64,000 bases of DNA from Podarcis gaigeae (taxonomy: Eukaryota). Shown here in pieces: positions 10,636-25,700 of this stretch. The notes below the pieces were generated by a model. It had not been told where the DNA came from, did no database searches, and saw only the letters and a list, made by a program, of their open reading frames with translations. The stretch lies in the NCBI GenBank assembly GCA_964106915.2, contig OZ066919.1; one strand, 5' to 3'. Numbering within the stretch: position 1 is the first letter of the stretch; each line of letters begins with the position of its first letter. The position numbers were made by a program, and so were the translations under genes.

Positions 10636-13600
10636 TAACTACAGCCCACAGAGATTCTTTGTAAATAGTGTCAAATTTAGGCTGACCTGTGCAGAAATAG
10701 TGCGCTGAAAGGTTTTGGCAGTTGAGGTTTCATTGGATACATTACTCTGTGGAGCCCAGTAGTGTTCAGACATCTAGAGAAATATGAAAGCATCCATTAA
10801 TGGAAACTGGAACAGTACTATAGCCACGTGAATAAACTTTTGTAACGAAAGGGTTTAAATTACCTTTATTTGAAGCCACTGTACAGCCCAACTCCAATGA
10901 TGGGAATTCTCCTTGAAATAATCTTTAGCAGCAGAGCACCTTTGAAATCCAAAGCAAATTATTAAAACTATTTATCTAAAGGTAATTTAGGATCACATTC
11001 CCTTTTCATACTTTATGAACTGTCTGGCGGTGAAATTCACTGCCTTTGCTTGTGTGCCACAATACAGAGCAGGATGGAGTCCAATGTTTCAGAACGTCTC
11101 CAAAGTACAAATTCTTCCAGTTTACAAAACCTTTCCTTCCTTGTCACACGGGGCAATTCTTTCTTGTCACAGTCAGTCAGCTGAGCGGCTATGATGCACT
11201 GCAGTGACAGGACGATTTTACAGATGACAGAACATCACTATTTTTCAAACAGCACGGGCTTCATATTTGCTGTTCTGTACAGTGGTTTTTTTGAGCCTGC
11301 TACTATTACAATGCAACTGAAGGCACAGCATTGAACATTCTTTAGGTATCCAAACAACTAGTCTTTCCTGGATCACAGGTTCACAAGAAGCAGACCCTTT
11401 ATCTAGATTATAAATGGATCCTACACATTTTATTTGGGCCTAAAAAAGGATAAAAGAGAACTGGCAAAGACACAGCTGCTTCTTATAATCATGTGACTTA
11501 ATACAAACAGAACACACCGACTTCCATTTCACTGAGTGTTATACTTACTTCTGAGCAAGAGTGACCAAGAATTTGACACACTGATAACAGCGACTGCTGT
11601 CCACATGGTTATTACTGTGGTGCATCAGTGCTGTTGAAGAAAAAGAAAGGAGATTAATCAGTATTAAAGACTTCAGGAGTGGGCCCTGCCATAAAGCAGG
11701 GAGATTTGATTCTACATCCTAGTTTGGGCTTCATGTCAGACCACTAATCAGAGTGTAGAATCTAAACCATGGTTGTAGTTTCAAAACGTTCCACAGACAA
11801 ACCATCATTTCTAGAAGTTTTTCATAAATATTTCTCACTTTCATTGAGCAGCACCAGCTTCTGCAGACAATAGCTGTAACTACGGTTCACTAACTTAGAC
11901 AAAAGCATAGTTTGGTGCAATGTATGAATTTAGCCTATGATTCATGTCTTACTTAACAACAAAATGTCAAGACCCCCTTTCTAGTTAAAACATGCAATGA
12001 GCTGTGGGATTACAACCTAGGTTATAATAGAGCAATTAAAGATGATGAAACTTGGTTATCAACATCTCCCCCCCCATTACCTACAGGATTTCTGTTCTTT
12101 TGATGCTACCTGCTTCTGACGTAGTAGTCAAAATGATAAAAAGCGCTTCTGTTTCTATATGAACCAAGTCTTCACAATAAAAAATAGCTCCTTTTGAATT
12201 CACACATCATAAATTTGTTTCTAATTCTTCACTTGAATATATTCAAGGACAGAAATTGTGGGCACTATCCGTTAGCTGTGGAAGTGTAAGGCTGCTTACG
12301 CAAATGATCTCCACCCCCCCCCCCCCGGCTTCTGTACAAAATGAAAACCCTGTCCAGAGGTTTTTTTTGGTGGGGCTGAACTGTTGTCACTGGAAGGGGG
12401 AAATTCACCTCTCCTGCATTGCCACTCTGTATCACATAGCCCCATCACCCCCAAGAGAGTTTTCAGGTGGAAAGAAGAGGAAGATTGCTTGTGCAACCTG
12501 CCTTTCACTTGTGCGACCACTGGATTTAAGCCATTGATTTTCTTACTGCCAATTTTTGTTTTGGAAGTTTCCCACAATTTCAAAGTGATTTGCCAGGAAG
12601 ATGAGAAAAAACAAATCCTCTTTTGCATGCATATAAGAACCTACAAGGTTCTTTGGATCCATTAACACCTCACAGCAGGTTTACTCACCCAGCAATCCAT
12701 TTTCAGTCTCAAATGCAAACTTGACCCGCTCTATTTGCAAAGGATCTTCAATAATCTGCGAAAAGGAACAGAACAATTAGTTTATACAGACACTTGGAAT
12801 CTATCGTATAGTTATACATTTCTTGGTTGTACCCAATGAAGTCTTTCCACTAGTACAAGGACTTCTGCCTGCAAAAAAGGGCTTTCTCTTGATTCTACCT
12901 TGGCTAGATTATATCCATTGTTATGTTAGCAAGATAACTAATATTATGACACTGCAAAAACCAGATAAGGGAAAATCCCTGGTTGTATAAATTGGTTGTA
13001 TAAATTAGTTTCGTTTTTGGCATCTATACTCCAATGCTTATCGACTGAGTGAACAGCGTAACACAAACAAGCAAAAAAACCCCTGTTTGTCATTAAAGTG
13101 TGTTCACTTACCAATATCTCATGGAGAAGCTGGAAGGTGTTCTTCAATTCATGGGGTGGAGCAGTCTCCAGCTGATTCTGTAAGTTGAAGACGCAGATTT
13201 AAGCAGGTGGAAGGACACGCACATGAATATCAGATTTAGGATAACCATTCATATATGATTTTGCATTTTTAAAAACCCCTAAATTATAACAAGGTGGGGG
13301 CTAGATATCTGCACTTTTATCAGAAGCCTGTGTCATCAGAGAAATACATTTAAACATTTTTTTTCCCAATTTGTTCTGGGGAAGAATTCTTTATTTGTGA
13401 TTTTTTTCTGAAGAGCATTGGTTCAAAGGATAGGGTGCTGGAGGACAGGCAGCAGGAACCAAACATATAGAATAGGAAAATTAGAGAAGTGAGAGGAGTG
13501 CAAACTATGGGCTAAAACACATACAGATCTCCTGCTTCCTGGAAACTAAGCAATTTTTGTTTGTTTTGCCATTTCAAATATAAGCGTTTTGCTCTCGTAA

Positions 13601-16600
13601 AAGCAAGTAAGTTACATTTATAAATATGAAATATGTTGCACTATGACCTAGAAGACCAGGGTTCAAATGTCCACTTGGCAATGGAGCTCACTGGGTAACC
13701 TTGGGCCAGTCGCAGTCTCTTAAATTAGCCTACCTCACAGGGTTGTTGTGGGGATTGAGGAAGGGAAGAACCATGCATGCCACCTTCAGCTCTTTCGCAA
13801 AAAGGGTGGGATAGAAATGAAATTAATATGCATGCATGGAGCGCATGGATGAATGGAGGAATATGCCAGAAGCTCTGGCTATTCGTACCTTTTTGCAGAG
13901 CCTTTTCATGTGCTACAATAGTGAAGTGCAAATAAGCTCTTTCATTCTGAAGAATTGGCATCTGCCAATATGGAGATTCTGCAACAGGCAATTTGATTCT
14001 GTACTGCACAGAGCTGCTACGGACACAGACACCTCAGGCACCAACGTAGAACAGGCCGTGTTTTGAACGTGTACCCTGACTGGTTTCTCCTTACCTTGAT
14101 GAAATGCAGCATGGTAAAGGAAAAGTGCTCATTACAAAAGCAGCAGTACACCACCATCTCAATGAGGACCAGCAGCGATCCAGTTAGCTCCCTTAATGCG
14201 TACATCACCTAATGAAGAAACACAAAGAGTCAGATTAGGCAGGCGTTCTTTCTTAAAATAAAAATAAAAAATCCAGCTTTGGTAAGCTCGTAGATTTGCT
14301 CTTTTTAAATGTTCTTCACATTTAAGACACAACCCAAGCCTCATAATTTATAGGCCTAAAACAGTACCTTACCTCCATTAAATAAGGCTTCCCCTCAGGT
14401 AGGAACAGTAAAGCTTCTACTTCTTCATGGAGGGCCAGGAGCGGCCCAGAGGTGGTAATGCTAAGGGGTGAATGCAGAACACACAGACCAGGAGCTGAAA
14501 AATAAACAAAATGAAATGAAATATGGAGGCAGGAAACACGCAGAGGGACGAGTGGTGGAGAGGATAGCAAAAACTGATCCACGTGATTTTCGGCCTTCCT
14601 GAACAAATACGAGGAGACATTCCCCCACCTGCCTGCCTCCTGAGAAAATAGTTGAACCACTACTCCTTTTTAGTAGCAACTTTATATGCAGAGAGTAAAT
14701 AGCAGGGGTGTGCACTGGTTCTGTGTACTGCAAATTACAAGGTGAATCAGGGTGATTTGAGGAAGATTCCCACATCAGACTGTGCTACTAGCATGGTGCC
14801 TCCAGATGGCTCTGTGCCCTCGATTCCCACCCCTAGCCTCCCAGAAACTAAGTCAAGCTGACTGGGGGAAACTCCCAAAACTCGGAAGGGTGGAGAGGTG
14901 GTGGAATCTGAGAAACAGGTCTAGCTTTGAAACACTGATTTCTTTTCCCAGAGCACTCCGATCAGATATTTAGAGGAGGGGTTGAAAGCTATTTCTTTAC
15001 ATGTTTCATTCTTTGCAGTGAATGGAAAGATTTCCATTGTATGCCTCAAAGTGAGTGGGAAAGGGGCTGAAGACCAGCCCTTTGACCCTAATGGTAACAG
15101 GTCCTTGCTGGGAGAAAACCCCATTTTCCTACGGATTTGTGTTGTTTTGCAGCAACCCCTTTCCACGCAAGTCTCCTTGGGAGAAGAGAATTTGCCTCCA
15201 AATGTCTGTGGGAGGCAGAAGCTCAACCCCCTAACTACAACCATTTGGGCACAAGGGTCTTTGCTAGGGGCGACATTCCCCACACTCGATATTTCCTGAG
15301 AATCTAGCACTTTTTTCTTTGCCCGCAATTCCTAGTGTGCCCACCCTAAAATGGTCAAGTCTGTCCTTGTGGGAGAAGCGCTGTGAAGCTTCATTCCCTC
15401 ACAGAAAGGGTGACTGTGCATACAAATTTCACCCAATTCTGGAAGAAAATGAAAAAATGTATAACTTGTCCTTTGATGGGAAAAGAATCTAACCTTTAGG
15501 TGTTCCCTGGATATAAATGCCTAGTTTGCAGTCTTAATCCATTCTGGAGGGTCCTCCAAGCAAGGACCCACTGGCAAATTTAACCCACTTCTGTGAAAAG
15601 GGAAGAAAGTTACAGCTGTTTTTAGATTCCCCATTATCATGAAGGGGTTGAGAAAACAGAGCTTAATTTTTAACAGATCTAAATTGGCTCTGCTCTGAAT
15701 AACAATGGGTTGAATTGGAAAGACTGGCTCCAAACAGATCAGGCTGCTTCCCAAAGCTGCAGATTAAAAGTTGAATATGGTGGCTGGTGTACACTCCTTC
15801 CAAAGAGTCACTGAAAACCAGGAGTTGCTCTTGGTGGGTAAACTGAGGAAGTTTAATCTCTTTACTGAAGATCTGCCAAGCTGCATTATTAACAGCGGCC
15901 ATTTAGTTTTGTGAAATAAAATACTTACCCACATTCCTTTGTGATGAGACATCAGAGTGCAAAACAAGCAGTGCCACGGTATTATGGAGGAACCCAAACT
16001 CTCGAGCTTGTGCTGAACTCCATCTGCGATTCTGTTTTCGTTAGGCAATATTAAAAAAAAGAGTAGAAGATTATTTTGCAAGCCCTGCTTAAACATCATT
16101 GCCTGCACATACTTTTCAGTTTTGTGTTTTTTCTTTTCTTTTATTTAAGGGAAGAGCATTTCTAAAACCAATCATATGCTTGCTTTAAGTAAGCAGCAAC
16201 TGTGTTCATATCCTAGTAGCAAAGTATAGAGTGCTATATGGAAAACTCATTTTGAGTTTCCAAGGTAGACTCAGTTTTATGGTACAGCAGAACCTAGGCA
16301 TATCGCACCATGAATCGGGTTATGCTGCAAGTAGGCACCCGTTTCTGTTTGATTAATGCAAAAAGCCTTCTATCAGCAACTTGTCCCAACAATGGGCAGG
16401 GTGTTCCAAGAGGGAGAAGCAATGCATGCACCAAGTTCAGAACGGGGCTGAGTTGTGCTGAATCACCTACAGGCTTGAGGCAGTCAGTACCAGCAGCTGC
16501 CAAGGCAGGCCAGACACATGGCTCTGCCTCCCTCCTGCCTCAAATGCTGCTGGCAGCGCAGAGCTGGGGCCAAGGGAAGCAGCTGCAGGGAGTCTGGCTG

Positions 16601-19600
16601 CTTTCTTGCACATATGATTGCAGGGGGAAGAGGAGCACACAGATTAAATTTCCTTGGCTGCTTCTGTTGGGCTCTCAGGTACAGGAGCAGTGGTGGCAAT
16701 CGGAAGACAGAGTTCACAGTGGTTTTAATCCCAATGGGTAGTTTCTGTAACTGAGTATATGAACTTGAAGGCAACACAAATATTCTACCTAGACTACTGG
16801 ATGATATTAAGCACCTCATTACCTGGTTATTCTGACGGCTAGGACCAAGGAGAAAGTTGATCATATGCCTCAAGGCAGAATGTCTGAGAAGGAGATCACA
16901 AGCTCTTATACCCTGCTGTGAAAGGACAAACAGAACATAGGGTCACATCTGTTTCCATATGCAGAGCATGCCTGCACATTTTAGATTATGGTTCCTTATT
17001 ATGCTTCGTACTTTCCAAAAGCACGTATGATTAAATTATATACTACTGACTGGCAGGGTTTTGAATGGCTCCACAGCACCAGATTCCCTGTGATTTGCAG
17101 ATAGTTTTTCTTTCAGGTTTGCTTGCTTACCAGTTTAACAATAGGATGCCCTGAACACAAAGGAAGTCCTGACAGCTGGAAACACATGCCCTAAAGACTG
17201 CAGCAGACCATTGAAAAGCACCTGGGGAAAGGCATGCTCTCCAGTCAATAGGGCTTGATTTGAGCACCTGTAACAGGTTTAAACTCTAAATGGCTATATA
17301 AGAAATCTAGAAAAACAATCTACCTTTATGTGGTAATGGTAATGTTTTCCCATAACATAAATTTGTCCTAGGACATAGGGCAAATAAAGAGAGAAGTGGA
17401 AGAGTGAGTATTTGGTTTACCTTTTGTACAAAATTGTTGAACAAGAAGAAGTACTGGGCACAGTTTTTGCAGTTCTCAGGGACGTCCTTGTCCAGCAGAC
17501 CAAGCAGCACATCCACTAACTGATGCAGACTTTTCAACTGTTGAAAAGTAAAGATGGGAAGATCTTGTATTATCAGGAAGGCGGATTTAATTAAGGCACA
17601 TTTAATAATAAGTACAAAAGGCACCTACTGCCTATGGATTTATTAGGCTTGCTTAAGACAAATGCCAGGCAGCTTGGTTCAGCTGGCCATTGGGCATTGC
17701 TTCCTTAACACCCCCCTGAACAATTCTATTACATATCCGCCTGGCCTTTGGCTTGGAGCCAATTTGATTCCCTCCCTCCCTCCCTCCCTTTCTTTTTTCC
17801 TTTCCTTCTCCTCCTGCGATGAGGCTACATTTTAATATTTTAATGTTTCCATATTTTAATGTTGTATTTTAATTTTGTTTTTAAGTTGTAATCATTCAAT
17901 TTGTTTTTATTATTGCTTGTAAGCCACTCTGAGCCCGGCCTTGGCTGGGGAGGGCGGGGTATAAATAAAAATTAATTATTATTATTAATTATTATTATTA
18001 TTATTATACATTTCAGGACTCACACATATCCTTAGAACAAAATAACTTTATTTAAGAAGGGCGTCAGTTTATACACTCTTAGAATAGAAGGTCTATAACA
18101 CTTTCAAGTCTGACCACTGGCCCAGCAAATTTAAGTAAAAACACTCAAGCTTAAAAAGCTCTGTATTGAGCACAGCGACAACAACTTTGGTGCGTGTCTA
18201 TGCAAGGAGCTAAGCAGGACATTTAAGCCTCTTTCTTTGACCACCAACCACCTCCTGAGATTTTACCAAACGTTGCCCTTACATTCTCAAATGGATCTCT
18301 GCAGCCGTAAGAACAGGAACTTATTTTTTCAAGTAGGAGTTTCTCACAACACTTAATACTGCACTTAGACAAAACCATCACAGAACCATAGGATTTGCAA
18401 ATGTCTGAAACTAGTCACAAGATTCTGGCAGTGACAGACTAAAGAAATACGACAGAAGAGCAAGGGCGGCAGAGGGGTGGGGAACAATTAACATAAACCA
18501 TTAATGAAGCAGTAGAATACAATTTTCTGAAGTGCAGTGAAATGTTTCGCATACCAGCAGTTACATATTACTGACCTTTTCCTGATAAAACAAGGCACTG
18601 TCTAAGGTTTTTTCAAGAATGGTGGCTACAGCAACTCGCACCTCTCTTACACTGCATTCCAGTAGAAAAGTCCTGAAAAATGCACACATGCAATAAAAAT
18701 GAAGATGCGCGTGATAGAATCCATCTCTCTCATGTGCTAGTAGAAATCTGCAATCCCTGCCTTTTACTCAAGTGTGAAATCCAATATTTACACTTCTTTG
18801 AGAGTAGAAAGACTTGATACGGTCACTTAATAGCCAAACTGAAGGTGCCTCATAGAATGTAAATGATTTCTATGTGCGTCTGACAGGAATTCTTCAAATC
18901 AGCAGGACTTAATACCATAACAAAATAGACAGATTAAAAGGAAGCAGTAATTGACTGCCTAAAGCAATGTAGATAGGCTTTCCACTGAAAGTCGTTCAGT
19001 GTGACAGAGCTTGTCATTTGGAGCAGACACATGCCTACACACACACACTGACTCACTGTGCACTTAATGGATCAAGCAATTTTTATATTCATGTCATAAA
19101 TTATATTTCCTGCCAGAAAGTATATCTAAAAGGCTATCTGCCTCTCCACAAGTAGATCATTCTCTCATATGGCTTATTCATCCAAGTATACAAATTTTTG
19201 GGTACATGCCTCTAATGAAGATAAGCGAGTAGTATATAACAGTTAGACTTGTGTACTTATATTGATACTTACTTTATGAGCTCTCGCCCTTCTGCCTCAA
19301 CTAAATATTCAACCAACCATTGACAAGCTTCAAAACTTTTAGAAACCAAAGCATCAATGGTTGCAATCCATTCTTCTATGTCAACCCTTAAAAAAACACC
19401 AAAAAACAATCACAGTAAAGGTCAGCAAGACTTCAATATGTGAAATATACGTTTTCTCTCTTTTAAAAAGCTTTTAAAAGTGTTACCTGAGTTTTTTCTT
19501 GGTTCGCAGACACGTCTGGAAGAGGAACTGGACTGCTAGTTGTAAACTTACTCTTGCCATAGATGGATAATGGGGGTGCTTTAACTTTGTCTAAAAAAAA

Positions 19601-22600
19601 GAAAGTGCATCACATAACACCACAAGTACTGGCCTTTCTGACAAGATTATTAAACACAGTTTTCAGACTGGAACTGAGATGGTGCCAAAATAGTTTTAGG
19701 ATGGCACAAGAAGGTAAAGAGAATTATCTGAGGTTTCAGAAAAATGCTTTGTCAAATGTCTGGTGACTTCCACTCTTCTGCTAAGCTCCTTGGTGTTTAA
19801 AGCAAGGGGGAAAACAGCTTCCGTCCCTTGGATTATGCTCTGGGAGCTGCAATCCAGCACAAACTTTTCCTCATTTTTTGGAACTTCCTCTTTAGCTCAA
19901 ACCAAACCATGAGTGTGTGCAGTGGCCTCAATATTTGCCTTGTAACTGTATGTGTTTTAAAATTCTGATCCATTTTCAAATTGCTTCCTGCTATTTGACT
20001 TGATTTGGTTTTGTGTAAACAAAATTCTGAGGTTCCCACTCACTATAATGGAGAATTGAAAAATGGTATAACTCCCCACTCCCTTTGACCAAAGTGGATG
20101 AAATTTACAAGGGCGAGGGAAGCAGATATTTGTCTCTTGCCTTTTCTCTTCATACAATAATTAAAGGTGTGTATTAAATGCTTCATACCAGCCTTTTCAT
20201 TCCAGTGGTTTTGTCCTCTGATGGGTTTTACAGGCCTACGATAAGCCATACAGCCTTAGGGTGTCTAAAATGTTGGCTGCAGAGTTTTGGTGTTTCAGTT
20301 TTCTTTGTTAAAGCAGAGCAACACAGGAGCTAACATATATGTGTGTGAGTAGCTTCTAACTTCTTAAAAAGTCCTACACTGCTGTGCTTTGACAAAAAAC
20401 ACAATCTAGAGCCCTTCAACATCATTTTGGACAGACTCACTTCTTGCAAAGAGATGTAGGAAAAAATAGATATATGAGGGAAAAGTACAGAAACAATGGG
20501 ACAACATAAAGCTTTGTGGGATGCTTGATCCAACTTGGTGGAGGGCAGCCCCACAAATCACCTTGTTATTTGGCCCCCACACAGGCAATGAACACCCTAA
20601 AAGATATAATCACAGACTGAACATATGTTTTACTGCAGTTAAGTAATCAAAGAGGCCACAGTATGCTATATCAACAATGCATTCATTTTTTAAAAAGAAG
20701 TTTGCTGCTGGATAGTCTTAATTTCTCCCCCTCTTCCCACTGAAGACAGTTTATCTTGTTCTGGCTCCACTGAGCCTCAGCAATTCACTTCACTTAGTAT
20801 CTGAAAGATAAAATTCATCACTCACAGCATTTAATGAAGCTAACGATAAAACAAAGCTAAAATAGTCACTGCTGTAGACATCTCTGTTCTTCATAAACTT
20901 CAGGTTTTCATCTCTCACCATCTGCAATGACAATACATGTCTGGTTTTAGAAATAAAAGTCAAGGATATGTTTAGAATTTCTAAATCTTTCTTACAGAAA
21001 ATATGACATTTTTTAAACAAAAGCATCATTAAAAGCAGGATGTTAGTAGCAATGTATATCTCATGCTGTATGTTTGAAATGGCATGATTTGGGCTGAATT
21101 ATCTGTAATTATCACCAAGCTAATCAAGTCATACTGGAAAGGCTCACTGAAAACATCAGGCTCAGTGGGCTGCAGCAGTGAGATTAATGGCAAATTCTAT
21201 GTGAAGAATTACCAGCAAAATAAATAGAAAATAGAACTCACATTTATTACAGTGCCATAAAACAGCAACTAAACTTTCACATGATTTTCTGTCATGGATG
21301 CTTCAGCTGAGATTCCTGCATTGCAGGGGGTTGGACTAGATGACCCTTGGGGTCCCTTTCCAACCCTACAATTCTATTATTCTATGTTATAGTGCTGGCA
21401 AAGATACACAAAGGGGCAGCTACAATTGAGTTGTCCACTGAAAATGACAGACATATAGGCTTACAAGAGAGAACTATTTCTTCACAAACTGTGATTAATT
21501 TATTATCGATTCCTACAACATGAGGAAATGGTCTTCAATTGAATAGCTATAAAATGAAGTGTCACCTCTAAATCTACGAGATTAAATTTTGATTTTTGTT
21601 TTGCTCCAGAACAAGTCAGAGAGTAAAAGATATACCTATATCCATTACACTTAGAATTTTATCTATTGAGCTTGTGAATACCTGATAGTTTCATAATGTT
21701 ATCTAGCTGCCATTAACACTGTTTACCTGATATATCCGAACTGGCATTTTCTCTACAAATAAGCCTTTTTTCTCCCCTTTCTTGACCAGCTTGGTCAAGA
21801 TGGACAAGCGGTCACTGCTGGGTCTATGGGGCCGTGGCGATGATTGTGGTGAAACATCTGGTGAAGATGGAGCAGACCTAGGAAATAAAACGCACGTAAG
21901 CTCAATTCTGAAAATATATTCTTCCATTTGCTTGACAAAGTGCAAAGCCAAAGTTCTCAAGTATGTTGTGCATCTAGCAATGCACATTTGATCATAACTT
22001 TACGTTCTGCGCATGGAAGGCCTGAACTCATTATATGGCTGATTGTGGCTACAATCCTGCATCCTTTGCTAGGGCAGCAGGCTGTGGAGCAGTGTTTTCT
22101 AAGAAGCCAGTGTAGCTTCTCCTCCTTCGTCAGGTCTCCAGGGCTGTTTACTGCTGTGGTGCTGAGTACATTGCTCTAAACAGATGCTCCCATGCATTCA
22201 ACAACCTGCCAAGCCCTCTCTCACAGCTCTGCTTCTGCTACTACTAATACGCTGTATCTGTAATACCCAATGATGTTCATAACTGAACCATTTCTTTTTC
22301 ATAATGAAAATAGGCTTCATAGAGTCAGCTGGCCAGCCTCCTGCTAGTGGGGAAAAATGAAACAAGGTAAAGAGAAAATCAAAGGTTTCTCTGACTAAAT
22401 GTTTTTTGGCCGTTTTAGCAGGATGTGAGTTTCATGGTGCAAGTATTCACCCCCAAATGGTTATGTTCTACTTTTTCAAGGTTGTATCTTTAAAAAGTTT
22501 CAATACTGTAGCTTGTACAGTCCTATTCCTTCATACAGCACCCACCTCCTAAATGTCTTGGATGCCCCTAGTCATAAACATACACACAGAAGCTGTCCTG

Positions 22601-22708
22601 AGCTTATGCGTAACCAAATTATAGCCTCAAGAGTACTCCTCTGAACAGAAGATTATAAATTCTGCAGAGGTCCCTCATGGAAGGAATAAGCTTCTGGTTA
22701 AGTAGCTT

Positions 22709-22784
<76 letters not shown>

Positions 22785-25700
22785 GAGGGGAAGCAAGATG
22801 TTCTGCTTGTGCAGGGATCAGATAACCGGGGTTAGAGGCAGGTAAACTTACAAAGACAGGTCCTCAGCTTCCTGACGCACGACGCTAACTCTGCTTTTCT
22901 TTGGCAAAACTGGCGAGTTCTGGTCAGAGACTCTCTGGTAGAAGAGCATGTAGGCATTCCAGTAGCGGCGGCGAACATCAGGATATGGATTTGCTGCGAA
23001 GAAGAGATATCCTTATAGTTGACTGACCTGATTCTTGCAGCAGGAATACTGGCCTAACTACAACTTTCAGGCAGTTGTTAATGGAAATCTACACATTCCA
23101 ACGGGGAAAGAATAAATTGCTGATTAAGGGGGTCCACAAGCAATTTGGGTTGGGGGGAGTAACTGTGGTCATTAGACACAGCTGCTGAAAAAAACATAAC
23201 ATTTTCCATGGCATTTTATTTTCCAAATGCAGGTGGCTCACTTCCATTTCACATCAAACATTTTGGTCCCCCTCACCCCTGGGCCAAGAAAATGCATGCA
23301 TGCTTCATAGTGTGTGTGTGTGTATGTGCTGCCAAGCTATGGGTACATGCATAGAAGCAATACACTACACATCACACACACATTTCACGCTGTTTCCTAC
23401 ATGAAAATGCCTTATGTGTAGAAAAACCATGTATTTGTGTAGCAGCTCTGAACACACCAGTTACACTCTTGAGTTCCCAATTTGTTAAGGAGCCATATGA
23501 AAAGGATAAAAAACAATAGGGCAGCAGCCATACAGTATGTCAGTAATATGATTAAATTTTTCTGAAGACAGATGCCAAACTTTCACATACATTTGTGCAA
23601 CTTTTAAGCAAAAGGTTGAGACTTCTGAACCTGTCTTCAAAAAACCTTGCTATAGGAAATCAGGTTATCATGAAAGAGCTGGAACAGATAATGTAAGCTT
23701 CTTTTTTGGTTAGCTTTTTATTTTCACCACATTTTTTAAAAAAAATATCTTTGGAACAATATGGGTTGGATGGATCTTCTAGAGCATATTTTAGTGGGGC
23801 TGCAAGGGGAGGAGAGGAAAGGGCAACCTGATTGTGCAAGTTTGGATGTCACCCTTGATATTTTTCCAGCATAACATAAAATGAATTTATAAACCAAGTG
23901 CAAATTTAAAAAAAGAGTGTGAATAATCCAAACGTGCACTGATCCCTCATCAATTTAGCGGCACTAGAAAATAAATCAATTCCACATTTTCTAGAAAATC
24001 TACATTAGCAACTGTGATCCTGTAACTCAGCCCTGAAGTGAGTACGATTTAAATGCAGGGAAAAATGATAATGGAACACAAAATTTATACTTACACTGGT
24101 CATAAACTTTGGGTCTATACTCTCCGCCAAAGCATTCATACTCCAAAGTTTCATCATTCAACTCAAATTCTTCAACAACTGTGTCATTGAATTTGAACCA
24201 TTTTCCTTTCCCACATCCCCTGTTGGTAACACACAGAAACACAAGCCATGTTCACTGTCAAAGATGATGACTTAAAAACCTCAAAAACTTTATAAAGATC
24301 ATCCCTCCTGTCACAAACATCCTTTGAAAGGAAGATTCTGGTTTTGTTTTAAGCCAGAGCTACCCCATTACATTTACAAAAACTTTCAAGCATTCTGGTA
24401 TACTTTCATAAAGGTAAAGGTAAAGGTAAAGGGACCCCTGACCATTAGGTCCAGTCGTGACCAACCCGGGGGTTGCGGCGCTCATCTCGCTTTATTGGCT
24501 GAGGGAGCGTACAGCTTCTGGGTCATGTGGCCAGCATGACTAAGCCGCTTCTGGCAAACCAGAGCAGCGCACGGAAACGCCATTTACCTTCCCGCCGGAG
24601 TGGTACCTATTTATCTACTTGCATTCTGACCTGCTTTCGAACTGCTAGGTTGGCAGGAGCACGGACTAAGCAACGGGAGCTCACCCCGTTGCGGGGATTC
24701 GAACGACCAACCTTCTGATTGGCAATCCTAGGCTCTGTGGTTTAACCCACAGTGCCATACAGAGCTTTAAAAAGTTCTATACAAAAATGATGCATTTGCC
24801 AATAGGGAGTTTGCAGGTTTAACACTGCATGGTCTTAGCTGCTTTAAAGTACTCAAGCAAAGAACTAGTAGAGCCCCTCCAGAGCAGACTATCTCCTTAC
24901 CTTCTATCTTTGATAAAGGAATAGTAGTGCCCTGCATGGGCCTGACCGCTGTGCACTATCACCCCAACCAGCTCATAGTTTTCTGTAGGGGCCACTTTCT
25001 TCCGTGGGGATCCTGCACCTCCCTGATCAACGTGTCGCCCATTGTCGCCAACTTCCGAGGAAGAATCTTGCCGGGCCATTCCTGAAACTGTATAGGGTTC
25101 CATGTTCAGCATCCAGGGGAACTGTTCGAAAGGAAACACTTCCGATTAAATTTAAACCTGAGCCCTATTACTTGTTTATAAACCTCCTGTAATTACCTAA
25201 AACACAGGGCGCCTAACCTTTAAAGGTTGAACACAGGAAATAGTTTATGGGATGCAGAGTCATAGAGCAAATCTGTTTTTCCATGACTCAGCATGGAACT
25301 TCCGATTTTTTCCAGTGAGGAAGATTATGGACTTCAACTCAGAAAGCAAGCCACAATCACTTCTTTTGAAACTCTGCAAGCACTATTAGTAGTTAGGGCA
25401 GGGAACATCAAAGGCCTATCAGAGGGACAGAGATACACCGTGGGCAACATGCATACTTGGAACAGAATAAATAATGGTGAGAAGGAAAGATTCCATTCCA
25501 GAAAATGTCTTTACAGAAGTAAAGAGCAGCTGTGCTTACCTTTATCTGTTCATCGTACTTAATGGAACGTCCACTTTCCCAATCAAATCCAAATCTCATG
25601 AGGTGGATCACCAACAAGCTAGGCAGAGCTTTAATGCATGTCCGCTTTACTGTAGTTCTCTTAAAAACAGAAGAGAGTCACCTCCAGCTACTCATTTTAG

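Noticed and set aside
21781-21799. 8-bp inverted repeat CTTGACCA-gct-TGGTCAAG
   Set aside because: Lies within conserved coding sequence (LTKLVK); expected by chance
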